DNA of 64,000 nt. It comes from Dendrobates tinctorius (taxonomy: Eukaryota). Of this stretch, positions 24,401 to 38,300 are shown in pieces. The stretch is taken from positions 81,840,001 to 81,904,000 of the forward strand of contig NW_027361738.1 in the NCBI RefSeq assembly GCF_039654945.1, in the 5' to 3' direction. The position numbers were made by a program, and so were the translations under genes. The notes below the pieces were generated by a model, which made no database searches, was not told the DNA's origin, and saw only the letters and a list, made by a program, of their open reading frames with translations. Every line of letters starts with the position of its first letter. Position 1 is the stretch's first letter.

Positions 24401-27400
24401 AACGGTCTTTGACTATTCCCCGGGGGGGCTGCCGATCCTAGGAGAGGGGGATGGGGGGGTGTATTCTTATGTTTTGGAAATCCAGCCGTGTATTTGTGAT
24501 GAACATTCTTCGCTAATCTGCTCACAGACAGGAATGTTTGATCCCCGATTGGACCAGTGACGTCTGATTCTTAAAGGGATATTCCCAGTAAGAGAACAGC
24601 GAGTTTCCAAATTAAATAACTGGGAGGGTGGGCAAGCCATCAATCATCATGGAACAGCGTATTATAACACTGGAGTGACAGTCCTAATAAGTCACCATTC
24701 CCCCCATCGCCTTGTCACCACCCAGTACTAAGTACAGTGGATCTCCACCTGTCTGGGGTCCCATCCCTGGTGTAGTCTCTCCTCTCCAGGTAACATTAGG
24801 GGGTCTCTACTAGAAAGGGAAGGTATAAAGTGAAAGATCCTGATACAGAAGAAAGCCGCTGCCCGAGTCTCACCGTGCGCTCTGTAACCGCTGGAACTTA
24901 ATGAGGTAGACCTCTGTGAACTGCTCGGCCGGGTATTCATCCAGCGGATTGTATTCTGCTACTGCTCCAAAAAGTGCAAACTGCTCAATCAGTTCCTTCA
25001 TAACACCAATGGCCGGGACCCCCTGCACCAGCAAATACCGAGACTCCAGATTAATCGTGTACACCTAGAGATGAGAGGGCAAAGAAAGGTACTGAGCACT
25101 ATAGAAACCCACCCAAGGGGCACAGTCTATGTAATGACATTATTCTACATATATAGGAGTCACTGTCTACATACATTACCGAGTTACATCCTGTATTATA
25201 CACCAGAGCTGCACTCACTATTCTGCTGGTGCAGTCACTGTGTACATACATTACATTACTGATCCTGAGTTACCTCCTGTATTATACTCCAGAGCTGTAC
25301 TCACTATTCTGCTGGTGCTGTCACTGTGTACATACATTACTGATCCTGAGTTACATCCTGTATTATACCCCAGAGCTGCACTCACTATTCTGCTGGTGCA
25401 GTCACTGTGTACATACATTACATTACTGATTCTGAGTTACCTCCTCTATTATCCTCCAGAGCTGCACTCACTATTCTGCTGGTGCAGTCACTGTGTACAT
25501 ACATTACATTACTGATCCTGAGTTACATCCTGTATTATACTCCAGAGCTGTACTCACTATTCTGCTGGTGCAGTCACTGTGTACATACATTACTGATCCT
25601 GAGTTACCTCCTGTATTATACTCCAGAGCTGCACTCACTATTCTGCTGGTGCAGTCACTGTACTTTATACATACATTACATTACTGATCCTGAGTTACTT
25701 CCTGTATTATACTCCAGAGCTGCACTCACTATTCTGCTGGTGCAGTCACTGTGTACATACAATACATTACTGATCCTGAGTTACCTCCTGTATTATAATT
25801 CAGTGCTTCACTCACTATTCTGCTGGTGCAGTCACTGTGTACATACATTACATTGCTCATCCTGAGTTACCTCCTGTATTATACTCCAGAGCTGCAGTCA
25901 CTGTGTACATACATTACATTACTGATCCTGAGTTACATCCTGTATTATCCTCCAGAGCTGCACTCACTATTCTGCTGGTGCAGTCAATGTGTACATACAT
26001 TACTGATCCTGAGTTACATCCTGTATTATACTCCAGAGCTGCACTCACTATTCTGCTGGTGCAGTCACTGTGTACATACATTACATTACTGATCCTGAGT
26101 TACATCCTGTATTATACTCCAGAGCTGCACTCACTATTCTGCTGGTGCAGTCACTGTGTACATACATTACATTACTGATCCTGAGTTACATCCTGTATTA
26201 TACTCCAGAGCTGCACTCACTATTCTGCTGCAGTCACGGTGTACATACATTACATTACTGATCCTGAGTTACATCCTGTGTTATACTCCAGAGCTGCACT
26301 CACTATTCTGCTGGTGGAGTCACTGTGTACATACATTACATTACTGATCCTGAGTTACATCCTGTGTTATACTCCAGAGCTGCACTCACTATTCTGCTGG
26401 TGCAGTCACTGTGTACATACATTACATTACTGATCCTGAGTTACATCCTGTGTTATACTCCAGAGCTGCACTCACTATTCTGCTGGTGCAGTCACTGTGT
26501 ACATACATTACATTACTGATCCTGAGTTACATCCTGTATTATACTCCAGAGCTGCACTCACTATTCTGCTGTTGCAGTCACTGTGTACATACATTACTGA
26601 TCCTGAGTTACATCCTGTATTATACCCCAGAGCTGCACTCACTATTCTGCTGGTGCAGTCACTGTGTACATACATTACATTACTGATCCTGAGTTACATC
26701 CTGTATTATACTCCAGAGCTGCACTCACTATTCTGCCGGTGCAGTCACTGTGTACATACATTACTGATCCGGAGTTACATCCTGTATTATACTCCAGAGC
26801 TGCACTCACTATTCTGCTGGTGCAGTCACTGTGTACATACATTACTGATCCTGAGTTACATCCTGTATTATACTCCAGAGCTGCACTCACTATTCTGCTG
26901 GTGCAGTCACTGTGTACATACATTACTGATCCTGAGTTACATCCTGCATTATACTCCAGAGCTGCACTCACTATTCTGCTGGTGCAGTCACTGTGTACAT
27001 ACATTACATTACTGATCCTGAGTTACATCCTGTATTATACCCCAGAGCTGCACTCACTATTCTGCTGGTGCAGTCACTGTGTACATTCATTACATTACTG
27101 ATCCTGAGTTACATCCTGTATTATACTCCAGAGCTGCACTCACTATTCTGCTGGTGCAGTCACTGTGTACATTCATTACATTACTGATCCTGAGTTACAT
27201 CCTGTATTATACTCCAGAGCTGCACTCACTATTCTGCTGGTGCAGTCACTGTGTACATACCGTACATTACATTACTGATCCTCAGCTACATCCTGTGTTA
27301 TACTCCAGAGCTGCACTCACTATTCTGCTGGTGCAGTCACTGTGTACATTCATTACATTACTGATCCTGAGTTACATCCTGTATTATACTCCAGAGCTGC

Positions 27401-30400
27401 ACTCACTATTCTGCTGGTGCAGTCACTGTGTACATTCATTACATTACTGATCCTGAGTTACATCCTGTATTATACTCCAGAGCTGCACTCACTATTCTGC
27501 TGGTGCAGTCACTGTGTACATACATTACATTACTGATCCTGAGTTACATCCTGTATTATACCCCAGAGCTGCACTCACTATTCTGCTGGTGCAGTCACTG
27601 TGTACATACATTACATTACTGATCCTGAGTTACATCCTGTATTATACTCCAGAGCTGCACTCACTATTCTGCTGGTGCAGTCACTGTGTACATACATTAC
27701 ATTACTGATCCTGAGTTACATCCTGTATTATACCCCAGAGCTGCACTCACTATTCTGCTGGTGCAGTCACTGTGTACATACATTACATTACTGATCCTGA
27801 GTTACATCCTGTATTATACTCCAGAGCTGCACTCACTATTCTGCTGGTGCAGTCACTGTGTACATACATTACATTACTGATCCTGAGTTACCTCCTGTAT
27901 TATACTCCAGAGCTGCACTCACTATTCTGCTGGTGCAGTCACTGTGTACATACATTACATTACTGATCCTGAGTTACATCCTGTATTATACTCCAGAGCT
28001 GCACTCACTATTCTGCTGGTGCAGTCACTGTGTACATACATTACTGATCCTGAGTTACACCATGTATTATACTGCAGAGCTGCACTCACTATTCTGCTGG
28101 TGCAGTCACTGTGTACATACATTACTGATCCTGAGTTACATCCTGTATTATACTCCAGAGCTGCACTCACTATTCTGCTGGTGCAGTCACTGTGTACATA
28201 CATTACTGATCCTGAGTTACATCCTGTATTATACTCCAGAGCTGCACTCACTATTCTGCTGGTGCAGTCACTGTGTACATTCATTACATTACTGATCCTG
28301 AGTTACATCCTGTATTATACTCCAGAGCTGCACTCACTATTCTGCTGGTGCAGTCACTGTGTACATACATTACTGATCCTGAGTTACATCCTGTATTATA
28401 CTCCAGAGCTGCACTCACTATTCTGCTGGTGCAGTCACTGTGTACATACATTACTGATCCTGAGTTACATCCTGTATTATACTGCAGAGCTGCACTCACT
28501 ATTCTGCTGGTGCAGTCACTGTGTACATTCATTACATTACTGATCCTGAGTTACATCCTGTATTATACTCCAGAGCTGCACTCACTATTCTGCTGGTGCA
28601 GTCACTGTGTACATTCATTACATTACTGATCCTGAGTTACATCCTGTATTATACTCCAGAGCTGCACTCACTATTCTGCTGGTGCAGTCACTGTGTACAT
28701 ACCGTACATTACATTACTGATCCTCAGCTACATCCTGTGTTATACTCCAGAGCTGCACTCACTATTCTGCTGGTGCAGTCACTGTGTACATTCATTACAT
28801 TACTGATCCTGAGTTACATCCTGTATTATACTCCAGAGCTGCACTCACTATTCTGCTGGTGCAGTCACTGTGTACATTCATTACATTACTGATCCTGAGT
28901 TACATCCTGTATTATACTCCAGAGCTGCACTCACTATTCTGCTGGTGCAGTCACTGTGTACATACATTACATTACTGATCCTGAGTTACATCCTGTATTA
29001 TACCCCAGAGCTGCACTCACTATTCTGCTGGTGCAGTCACTGTGTACATACATTACATTACTGATCCTGAGTTACATCCTGTATTATACTCCAGAGCTGC
29101 ACTCACTATTCTGCTGGTGCAGTCACTGTGTACATACATTACATTACTGATCCTGAGTTACATCCTGTATTATACCCCAGAGCTGCACTCACTATTCTGC
29201 TGGTGCAGTCACTGTGTACATACATTACATTACTGATCCTGAGTTACATCCTGTATTATACTCCAGAGCTGCACTCACTATTCTGCTGGTGCAGTCACTG
29301 TGTACATACATTACATTACTGATCCTGAGTTACCTCCTGTATTATACTCCAGAGCTGCACTCACTATTCTGCTGGTGCAGTCACTGTGTACATACATTAC
29401 ATTACTGATCCTGAGTTACATCCTGTATTATACTCCAGAGCTGCACTCACTATTCTGCTGGTGCAGTCACTGTGTACATACATTACTGATCCTGAGTTAC
29501 ACCATGTATTATACTGCAGAGCTGCACTCACTATTCTGCTGGTGCAGTCACTGTGTACATACATTACTGATCCTGAGTTACATCCTGTATTATACTCCAG
29601 AGCTGCACTCACTATTCTGCTGGTGCAGTCACTGTGTACATACATTACTGATCCTGAGTTACATCCTGTATTATACTCCAGAGCTGCACTCACTATTCTG
29701 CTGGTGCAGTCACTGTGTACATTCATTACATTACTGATCCTGAGTTACATCCTGTATTATACTCCAGAGCTGCACTCACTATTCTGCTGGTGCAGTCACT
29801 GTGTACATACATTACTGATCCTGAGTTACATCCTGTATTATACTCCAGAGCTGCACTCACTATTCTGCTGGTGCAGTCACTGTGTACATACATTACTGAT
29901 CCTGAGTTACATCCTGTATTATACTGCAGAGCTGCACTCACTATTCTGCTGGTGCAGTCACTGTGTACATTCATTACATTACTGATCCTGAGTTACATCC
30001 TGTATTATACTGCAGAGCTGCACTCACTATTCTGCTGGTGCAGTCACTGTGTACATACATTACTGATCCTGAGTTACATCCTGTATTATACCCCAGAGCT
30101 GCACTCACTATTCTGCTGGTGCATTCACTGTGTACATACATTACATTACTGATCCTGAGTTACATCCTGTATTATACTCCAGAGCTGCACTCACTATTCT
30201 GCTGGTGCAGTCACTGTGTACATACATTACATTACTGATCCTGAGTTACCTCCTGTATTATACCCCAGAGCTGCACTCACTATTCTGCTGGTGCAGTCAC
30301 TGTGTACATACATTACTGATCCTGAGTTACATCCTGTATTATACCCCAGAGCTGCACTCACTATTCTGCTGGTGCAGTCACTGTGTACATACATTACATT

Positions 30401-31707
30401 ACAGATCCTGAGTTACCTCCTGTATTATACCCCAGAGCTGCACTCACTATTCTGCTGGTGCAGTCACTGTGTACATACATTACATTACTGATGCTGAGTT
30501 ACACCCTGTATTATACTCCAGATCTCCACTCACTATTCTGCTGGTGCAGTCACTGTGTACATACATTACATTACTGAACCTGAGTTACATCCTGTATTAT
30601 ACTCCAGAGCTGCACTCACTATTCTGCTGGTGCAGTCACTGTGTACATACATTACATTACTGATCCTGAGTTACCTCCTGTATTATACCCCAGAGCTGCA
30701 CTCACTATTCTGCTGGTGCAGTCACTGTGTACATACATTACATTACTGATGCTGAGTTACACCCTGTATTATACTCCAGATCTGCACTCACTATTCTGCT
30801 GGTGCAGTCACTGTGTACATACATTACTGATCCTGAGTTACCTCCTGTATTATACCCCAGAGCTGCACTCACTATTCTGCTGGTGCAGTCACTGTGTACA
30901 TTACATTACTGATCCTGAGTTACATCCTGTATTATACCCCAGAGCTGCACTCACTATTCTGCTGGTGCAGTCACTGTGTACATACATTACATTACTGATG
31001 CTGAGTTACACCCTGTATTATACTCCAGATCTGCACTCACTATTCTGCTGGTGCAGTCACTGTGTACATACATTACTGATCCTGAGTTACCTCCTGTATT
31101 ATACCCCAGAGCTGCACTCACTATTCTGCTGGTGCAGTCACTGTGTACATTACATTACTGATCCTGAGTTACATCCTGTATTATACTCCAGAGCTGCACT
31201 CACTATTCTGCTGGTGCAGTCACTGTGTACATACATTACATTACTGATCCTGAGTTACATCCTGTATTGTACTCCAGAGCTGCACTCACTATTCTGCTGG
31301 TGCAGTCACTGTGTACATTACATTACTGATCCTGAGTTACATCCTGTATTGTACTCCAGAGCTGCACTCACTATTCTGCTGGTGCAGTCACTGTGTATAT
31401 AATTACATTACTGATCCTGAGTTACATCCTGTATTATACTCCAGAGCTGCACTCACTATTATTACTGTCTCTGTATCACCATTTCCATGTATTGTAGGAC
31501 TACAAGTACCAGGTCCTCGCTGTCCTCTGTGCAGGTGTTTCTAATCCCTCAGTAAACTGCAGTGTCACATTTAGCGTTGTAATAAATGACTCCACGCACT
31601 TTGACTGCTCTCGGATTCCGTCCATCTCGGTACTTTGCCCGGGAGGCGCAGATCTTTCGCTGCTCGTGGTGCGGATGGACTTCTATCTGCAAACGGGGAT
31701 CCGTCAT
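15391..31707 (-). CDS. RBM48: RNA-binding protein 48, ~336 aa. Coding exons 31600-31707, 24874-25064, 22478-22623, 20152-20627, 15391-15480
   Basis: HHEQRKICASRAKYRDGRNPRAVK|VYTINLESRYLLVQGVPAIGVMKELIEQFALFG...LQSAR|VAKRKLDENSFFGGILHVCYAPEFESV...RFMPRTTQLQERQRRRE...KQRRRI* matches RBM48. GT-AG introns in phase. Head-to-head with PEX1 as in other vertebrates. Confidence 0.93.
16651..19739. mobile_element. Non-autonomous piggyBac-type (Tx1D-like architecture) DNA element, 3.1 kb, with internal ~390-bp tandem repeats and TTAGGG-rich repeats
   Basis: TTAA|CCCCTTCACGACC ... GGTCATGAAGGGG|TTAA. The marker GGTCTAGTTTCCAAAATGG recurs at about 17660, 18045, 18442 and 18825. No transposase ORF. Confidence 0.8.
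20152..20627 (-). CDS. RBM48: RBM48 coding exon 4 (5' boundary approximate)
   Basis: RFMPRTTQLQERQRRRE...IVMGPKLP...DDSLNASAKLITDKLKE; donor gtgtgt; acceptor chosen by reading phase. Confidence 0.82.
20720..22450. repeat. 35-36-bp AT-rich minisatellite (TATGTACAAGAATATAACTACTATAATACTGCCCC) filling RBM48 intron 3, with an inverted internal block at about 21278-21745
   Basis: Tandem repeat; orientation flips at about 21277 and back at about 21746. Confidence 0.95.
22478..22623 (-). CDS. RBM48: RBM48 coding exon 3
   Basis: VAKRKLDENSFFGGILHVCYAPEFESVQETREKLQDRRRYV; tttag acceptor, gtcagt donor. Confidence 0.93.
23657..23964. mobile_element. hAT-type MITE related to 1693-1964
   Basis: TAGAGATGGGAGAACGTGCT ... 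AGCACGTTCGTTCATCACTG degenerate TIRs. Confidence 0.55.
24020..24450 (-). mobile_element. Degenerate Penelope-like retroelement RT fragment
   Basis: Minus-strand ADVSLLWKG...LNTNNIGLKF...IFCKPTATNSFL resembles PLE RT motifs (DDxxxIWxG, LNxxxxxLKFT, YRKPT). Confidence 0.5.
24874..25064 (-). CDS. RBM48: RBM48 coding exon 2 (RRM)
   Basis: ORF 24870-25064; ctag acceptor, gtgaga donor. Confidence 0.94.
25160..31460 (+). repeat. 81/86-bp satellite array (about 74 units) filling RBM48 intron 1, with a 1442-bp higher-order duplication
   Basis: Tandem repeat. The variant unit CATACCGTACATTAC...CTCAGCTA occurs at about 27260 and 28702. Confidence 0.97.
31600..31707 (-). CDS. RBM48: RBM48 coding exon 1
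   Basis: MTDPRLQIEVHPHHEQRKICASRAKYRDGRNPRAVK, donor gtgcgt. Confidence 0.88.
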
Positions 31708-32262
31708 TTTCTTCTTCACTCCTAACACTCCAGGCCTCTTTCACTCCCATCACTGACCTCCTACACATAATATACCATCACTGCGCTGTCTGCCTGTGCA
31801 GGAACCATTTTCCTGAAGCCTCTGGCTTGATTATTAAAGCTCTTGGTCTTCGGAATGATGGCCGCCCTTACATAGCCTTAAATCGTACAGGTGGCGACAC
31901 TTGTATTTACTACGCCTGACGCGCTCTGCAAATCACGTGTCCACACAGAACCCGGAAACGCCAACTACAAATCTGATTGGTCGGAAGGAACCATCATGCA
32001 GAATAATGAAGGGGGGGGGATGTACAATTTTTTTTCTGAATTTCAACAATAATATTATACACACCTATATTATACCCTTTGTGTGTTTTTTTGTAGAAGT
32101 AGAATAATCTTGAATTTATCCCAGACGAAGTTTATTATTATACTCGCGTTTCACTGATAAATGTGAACAGTCCCCCCCTGTAAGTGGTAGAATGCTGAGC
32201 TCCAGCAGCGGTGTGTCCCCAGCACTGGAGAGTGATGTTGTGAGCCGGAGCCGCCGTGGGGA
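31708..32262. promoter_or_regulatory. Bidirectional RBM48/PEX1 promoter region
   Basis: Divergent ATGs about 555 bp apart. E-box CACGTG at 31934, ETS-like CCGGAA at 31952, ACTACAA at 31964, CCAAT (ATTGG) at 31976. Confidence 0.7.
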
Positions 32263-32376
32263 ATGCTGGGAGGGGGGATATCGGGGGCTGCGGCTGTCAC
32301 CGTGACCCTCACCGGCGCCAAGGATGCGTTCCTGCGCCTGACACCCGAGCTCAGCGCACAGCTGCGCCTGGAACAG
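32263..32376 (+). CDS. PEX1: PEX1 exon 1
   Basis: [38 protein letters not shown], gtgaga donor. Confidence 0.88.
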
Positions 32377-35300
32377 GTGAGAGCGTCCCCTGCCGACCCC
32401 CTGCAGGCTGTGCACTCAGTGACTGGGGGCCCCTCCTCTCCAGCTTATATACAGGGGGCCACAATGTCTCCTCACTGTGCAGGCAGGAGCGTCTGGTCGT
32501 CCCTGTTGTAGAACTACATCTCCCAGCGTGCTGCTGCTAGGGCATGCTGGGAGTTGTGGTTCTGCAGCAGCTGGAGTCATATCTACGTGAGATCTGGATT
32601 TGTAGAAGGCAGGGAGCATGGAGCCCTTTGGCACGGCTCAGAGATTGCTCTGCACGCTCCCTTTGACCTCCATCATCTTTTTGTGTGTGTGTTCCCCTTT
32701 AAATATTTTATTCTGTGAGACAAAACCGTCTTTTTTTTTTTTCCTGCAGAATCTAATCGCTTTTCGTAACGTCCCCGCGAGTACGTGAGATCCGCGGCGT
32801 CACCGTCCTCCTGTCATAAAACCTTTGCTCCAAGAGAAGCCGAGAAAAGAGCCACGTTAATGAGTAATGGTGGCGCGAGGCGTCCAGGCTGGGGGAGGGG
32901 AGGCTGCTGCAGCGGCGGCTCGTGCGGAGCTTACGTGATTTAGCTCCTGAAAACCGAGGTGCGGTGAATGGGCGCCAGCTTTGTCTGTGTGGTCATATTA
33001 GTGCACTCGTTTTTTAATTGAAGGACTGGTTCTGTACCGAAAGATCCCGTTAAAGGGATTTTCTCATTTCTGCAAGTGATTATATATTACTCGGATACGA
33101 TCGACCTTCGGGATCTTTAGGCCGCGTGCACACATTGCGGTTTTTTTTTTTTTTCAGTGCAGATTTGTCACAAAACTTGAAGGGAGCGAGAATCCTGCCG
33201 TCTCCTGCACACGTGGCTGATTTGTGACTGGTAGATTATATCTGCAGCGTGTCAGTTCTCAGGCTATGTTCACACGTGGTGGGGTTTTTTTTTTTGCTGC
33301 GTTCTTTATGCAAATTGAAAGCTGCGTTTTACAGAACCGGCCGAAGCGACGAGAGATCACAAATCTCATGCGCGCACTTTTTTTTTTTTTTCCTGACCGA
33401 ATTGGAAAACTGCTGAGTTTTTATAAATTGCAGCACTTTTTTTTTTTTTTTCAGCGTTTTCTTTCATCCATAGAAAGCAATGAGTGCAAAAAAAAAAACG
33501 CAGCAACAAATTAAGAACGCCGGTATCAGGTTCTGCTTTTTTTGGTGCAGAAAACTCAAGCTCAACAAGCACTAAAGTGTATCAGCGTGCACAAGAGACA
33601 AATGTGCCAGAAAACCGCAGCCAAACCTGCATTGTGTAAGCAGATTCTTTACTGCCGAGACAGCAGGATTCCCTGCAAAGAAAAATGCAATGTGTGAACA
33701 GAACCTTACAGGGGTTCTGCTGCAGATTTCCCCCAGACCAATAAGTGGGGGAAATATGTAAGAAAAACGCAAGTAAAAAAAGAAGCAAATTAAACTTTTG
33801 CTTTTATCTGCCAAGAGATGCACCAAATACACAATGCGAGCACATGTGAAGAGGTTTATTTATAGACAGTAACAAAAACTCATGAGAGAAACAATTACTC
33901 AATTATTTCCACTTGCAAGTCTGAAAAACGTGTGAACATACCCTAAACAACTATGCACGTGCAGGGACCACCGTGGTGAGTCCACAAGGGCAGCCCCATA
34001 GACGTTCCTGATGTGCCGTTCAATTCATCGTGTCTCCAGGGCCAGTCAATGAGTTTCTGGTTTGGATGAAGAAGGCGCTCATAGGGGAGAGCAGGGAATC
34101 TGTCGGTAGGATCACCCCTCATAAGCAGTCTATGTTGATACGCTATTTGTTTTAACCAAAAAAAAAAAGTCAGTACATGGTGAAGCACAGACCGCTGATT
34201 GCACGCTATCATGTTTCCTCCAGGGCGGCGCTCTAGAGGTGACATGGGAGGAGCAGCGGGTCTATCTCGGTTGGATGGCGAACCGCAGCAGAGTTACAGA
34301 CTACACCATGGTGGAGCTCAACAGACAGCTGGCCGAAAAACTGGGACTTGTGGATGGACAGCAGGTACTGAGCATGATCTCCAGCTCCGGGGACATGTGA
34401 CTTCTCGGCTGTTGAGAAACTACAGCTCTCAGCATGCCCGGACAGTCACACGTATGTATTGTCATAGAGTTTGAGCCATACATATCCAGGATATTTTGTG
34501 CTCAGTCTTTTGAGATTATGTACCTGTAGCCATTCTTTATATTTGGTGGCAGAATTGGCCTATTCCCGAGAGGGAATCCTCCCCAAGGTGCCGGACACTG
34601 AAAAATCATGTTTTATTCGGCATTTTTCCATGTAATTTGTATAAAATAACTAATTTACTACTGAAACAGAAAAATCCAGGTTTGAAACCATATGCAGATT
34701 GGCATGAAAATGCATTCGGGGTGTGTCAGTGCACAGAGTAGTGACACCCTCCCAATGCATTGGCAGACTGATTTGCATGTGGCTTCAAGGCTTGATTTCT
34801 CAGCGCTGACACATTGGATTACTACAAGACACGTGTCACCTATACGGACAAACTGCTAGTTTTATTATAAAAATCTTCCCTGCAAGATTCACTTCTCGCA
34901 CCTGTAACAAGTTTGCCCCCAACTTTTTTTTTTTCCTTATAAGACTATTGATATTTTATTCCAGAAAATAAGTACCGTATATACCAGTGTATAAGCAGAC
35001 CCCCCCCCTAATTTTGCCACAAAAAAATGGGAACTTATTGAAGCCTAGGATCAATGGTGGTCCAAGAAGATGCTCTATAGAAACGCCCCCCCCCCATATG
35101 CTGGCCCAAGAAGATGCTCCATAAATACCCCCCATATATTGCTGCACAAGGGTTAATGCTGCCCCATAAATACCCCTTATTTGCTGCTGCAATTAAAAAA
35201 AAAAAAAATGACACTCACACCTCCATCGCTGGGGGCCAGGTGCCGTTGCCTTGAGCTCCTGGCACCGGTGATATTTTTTTCTCCTACTGGCAGACACGTA

Positions 35301-38300
35301 ATGTACAAGGGCTGGTATTCTTTCATGGAAACATATCTAAATATTCAAAACTTCACATATTGCCTGTTTTACACTCTGACATGTGGTCCCAAGTTTGGTG
35401 CTTTTTCTATAGCTCCACCAGCCCTCTTCTGTTTCGGGGGTCTCTCTGTATCAATCAAGATGCTGGCTTAGCTCCTTTCTACTCTAGTCAGGTCCTAAGC
35501 TACAAGTCTGTGGTCACTGACTGCAGATTACTTCTCACAGCGCGCATACTATGAGGATTCACCTATGTTGGCCATCATGCATACTTTCGGCCACATTCCG
35601 ACTAGACGTACACAGCCTCACTCAATGTATTGGGCAAGGCCAGAAACAGTCTACTCTGATTGTGGCCGGGCGTATATCACATGATCGCCCGCTCCCGACA
35701 TTGGAGAATCCTCACAGCGTGCAGTGCATGTGTGCTACGAGGATTCACACGTCTGCAGTCACAGAGTAACTACAGACTTGTACTTCAAGGCCGGACAACC
35801 CTTTCAAGAAAGCTATCACTGAGTCACTGGTGAAAAGCGATTTAGCCTCCCCTCCAACCTATCATCATTCTGCACTTAAGAATGAAATCCATTTGTATCT
35901 TGTAGAAATGAAATACATTTATTTATGTGAACAATATAGGAGATAAATCCCCAAAACATTGGTAGAGTATTGCAAAGCAAGAAGTCCATCAACACGAATG
36001 ACATTAGCTCTTCAGAATTAAATCTAAGTCAGCAGAATAGTGCACGTAGGACACATGCCGATATATAGAATATATACAGTAATACAGTGCTCAGTGATGG
36101 CAGTGCCAGGAAAGAAGGTATAGATCTCACCCAATTCTTGTAGTGGACCAAGTCACATGCTGATGCAAGAGTATATGACCAGAGGGGTGAACCGGTAGCC
36201 TTATGTGCCCAGTGTAACTCCCGCCCTGACAAGGGCAGTACCTAAGTATAACCTATGAAGACTAGCCCACGAATACGTTTCCACCTCAAAAGCAAATCCT
36301 CATCAGGGGAGTACCAAAAGAGGAAAAAGGATCCATTAGATTCACAGCTAAAGGGTATAAGTCAGGGCGCTGCAGTGACAGCAAGCTCTAAAAGAAGCAT
36401 GCAGGGCGCCACACGGCCTCTTGGAAGTATATGCTCCTGCTGAGGCTGAAACGTGTCGGGTGGACTACTCTTTTGGGGCATGTTACATGTTCAAACTTGA
36501 GTCCTGTCCTTGTCTGGGCAGGAGATATACAGGGGATATTAGGTTACCAATTCACCCTTCTGGCCATATACTCTTGCATCGGCATGTAACTCGGGTCCTC
36601 TACAAGAATTGGGCGAGAGCTATACCTTCTTTCCTGGCAGCACTGTACTATTGTAGTGTGGCACAGAGCTCTTTTACTCATTAAAAGTTACAGTAAGTTC
36701 TAACCATTTATCCTACTTCTGCTGATGTAATCATATCAGATTTCAGTGTTAAAGTAAAACATATAAAGCGCACAAACAATGTAGAACAAAGGTAACAAGG
36801 GAAAAAAAAAAAAACCAGGGGAGAAGGGAATCAGTGGCTGATGACACAAGGATTCAATTGTGAACAAGAATCAAAACAGATAATGGAGAAATTCTACCTA
36901 TAAAACATCTGGATATCAGACCATGGCCGCATGGTGGGACCGGCTGAGCAATGGACTCCGATGTCGCTGGCAGTCCTATGGAGAGGTACACATGCCCGAG
37001 CCTTATCTGGGTTGTTGGGGGGGGGGGGGGATCCCCGCAGTTGTACTCTTTAAGACAATACTTGGACATTAGGTGCCATTACCAGCAGTACAAATAACAT
37101 ACAACTGTACGGTGATAGCTGATTACTCTCTCAAGCAGGCGACCCAAAAAGAAGGCATGAAAATGACTATTTGGCACATACGGGACTATTGTACCCAGGC
37201 CAGGGAGTCAGCTCTGCTGCAGAAGGTTCAACTCAATGGACCCAAAACACAACCTCATACCTCTGTCAGCAGGAGGACACACCACCAATAAGAATAATAC
37301 AGATATGGTGTAAAAGTTATAGGGGTATTCCTATCTACAAGATCCTATCCCAGTATGTAGTAGGTGTAATAGTAATTTTAGCAAATACCTCCAATAAGAA
37401 ACGTAGTACAGTTTTTCTGATTCACTGCATCTTTCTTCATGTGCAGGCATTACAGGATCTTGGGTATCCATGGTTATGACCACTATCAGTGGTCGTAACC
37501 ATGGATACCCAAGGTCCTGTAATGCCCCTTGCATGAGGAAAGAGTGAATCAGAAAAACTATAAGTTTCTTATTGGAGGTATTTGCGAATATTATTACTAC
37601 ACCTACTACATACTAGGATAGGATCTTGTAGATGGGAATACCCCTTTAAACTACTGATCTAGACCTGTGAAGAGTAGTTATAACCGGCCATTTATTAATC
37701 TCTTCATTCTGGACAAAGATTGGGCTCCGTGAATGATCTGTCCATCTACAAGTAGGACCGCCCACCGGACTCCTAAACCAAATTGAGTAGAGAAAAAAAA
37801 CAAAACTGCAAGTTACAAGAAATTACTTGTCACTGCTATCAATGTTTAATGGGTTGTTCCCATTTTTAGAAGTTAGCACCAAACTTGCTGATGGGCCTGG
37901 TGTCCTAATGCTGGGACACCTACCTATTTGAATGTAGCGGTGGCCGGACATGTGCCGCCCTGCTATGTTCAGTCTCTGTGGAGCTCCCAGAGTACAGTGC
38001 TCAGCCTCCGGTGACAGTCCCATAGAGAATGACACAGTGGTGCACACATCCGGCCACCACGACATTCAGAAACCATTCTGTGGAGTCCAGTTTTTGGGAT
38101 TAGTGCGGGTCCCAGCAGTCAGACCACCAGACAGGTGATAATCTCTAAAGATTGGAATACCCCTTACTAACACAGGATATAATCAGCAATCCGATAGACC
38201 CTGATCAGTGGTGGCTTATACCCCTGCAAAACAGCACTATTCTAGTGACTTGGCTTCATACACGTCAGTCTTACTAATCCAGATTTAATCGCATATATCC

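Noticed and set aside
25160-31460. Regular repeat array resembling CRISPR, and dozens of [11 protein letters not shown] ORFs
   Set aside because: There are no unique spacers or cas genes; it is a eukaryotic satellite and the ORFs are repeat translations.
31835-31870. Minus-strand RRPRAL peptide resembling RBM48 exon 1
   Set aside because: The true exon 1 (31600-31707) has much longer homology and a proper donor; this match is likely chance.
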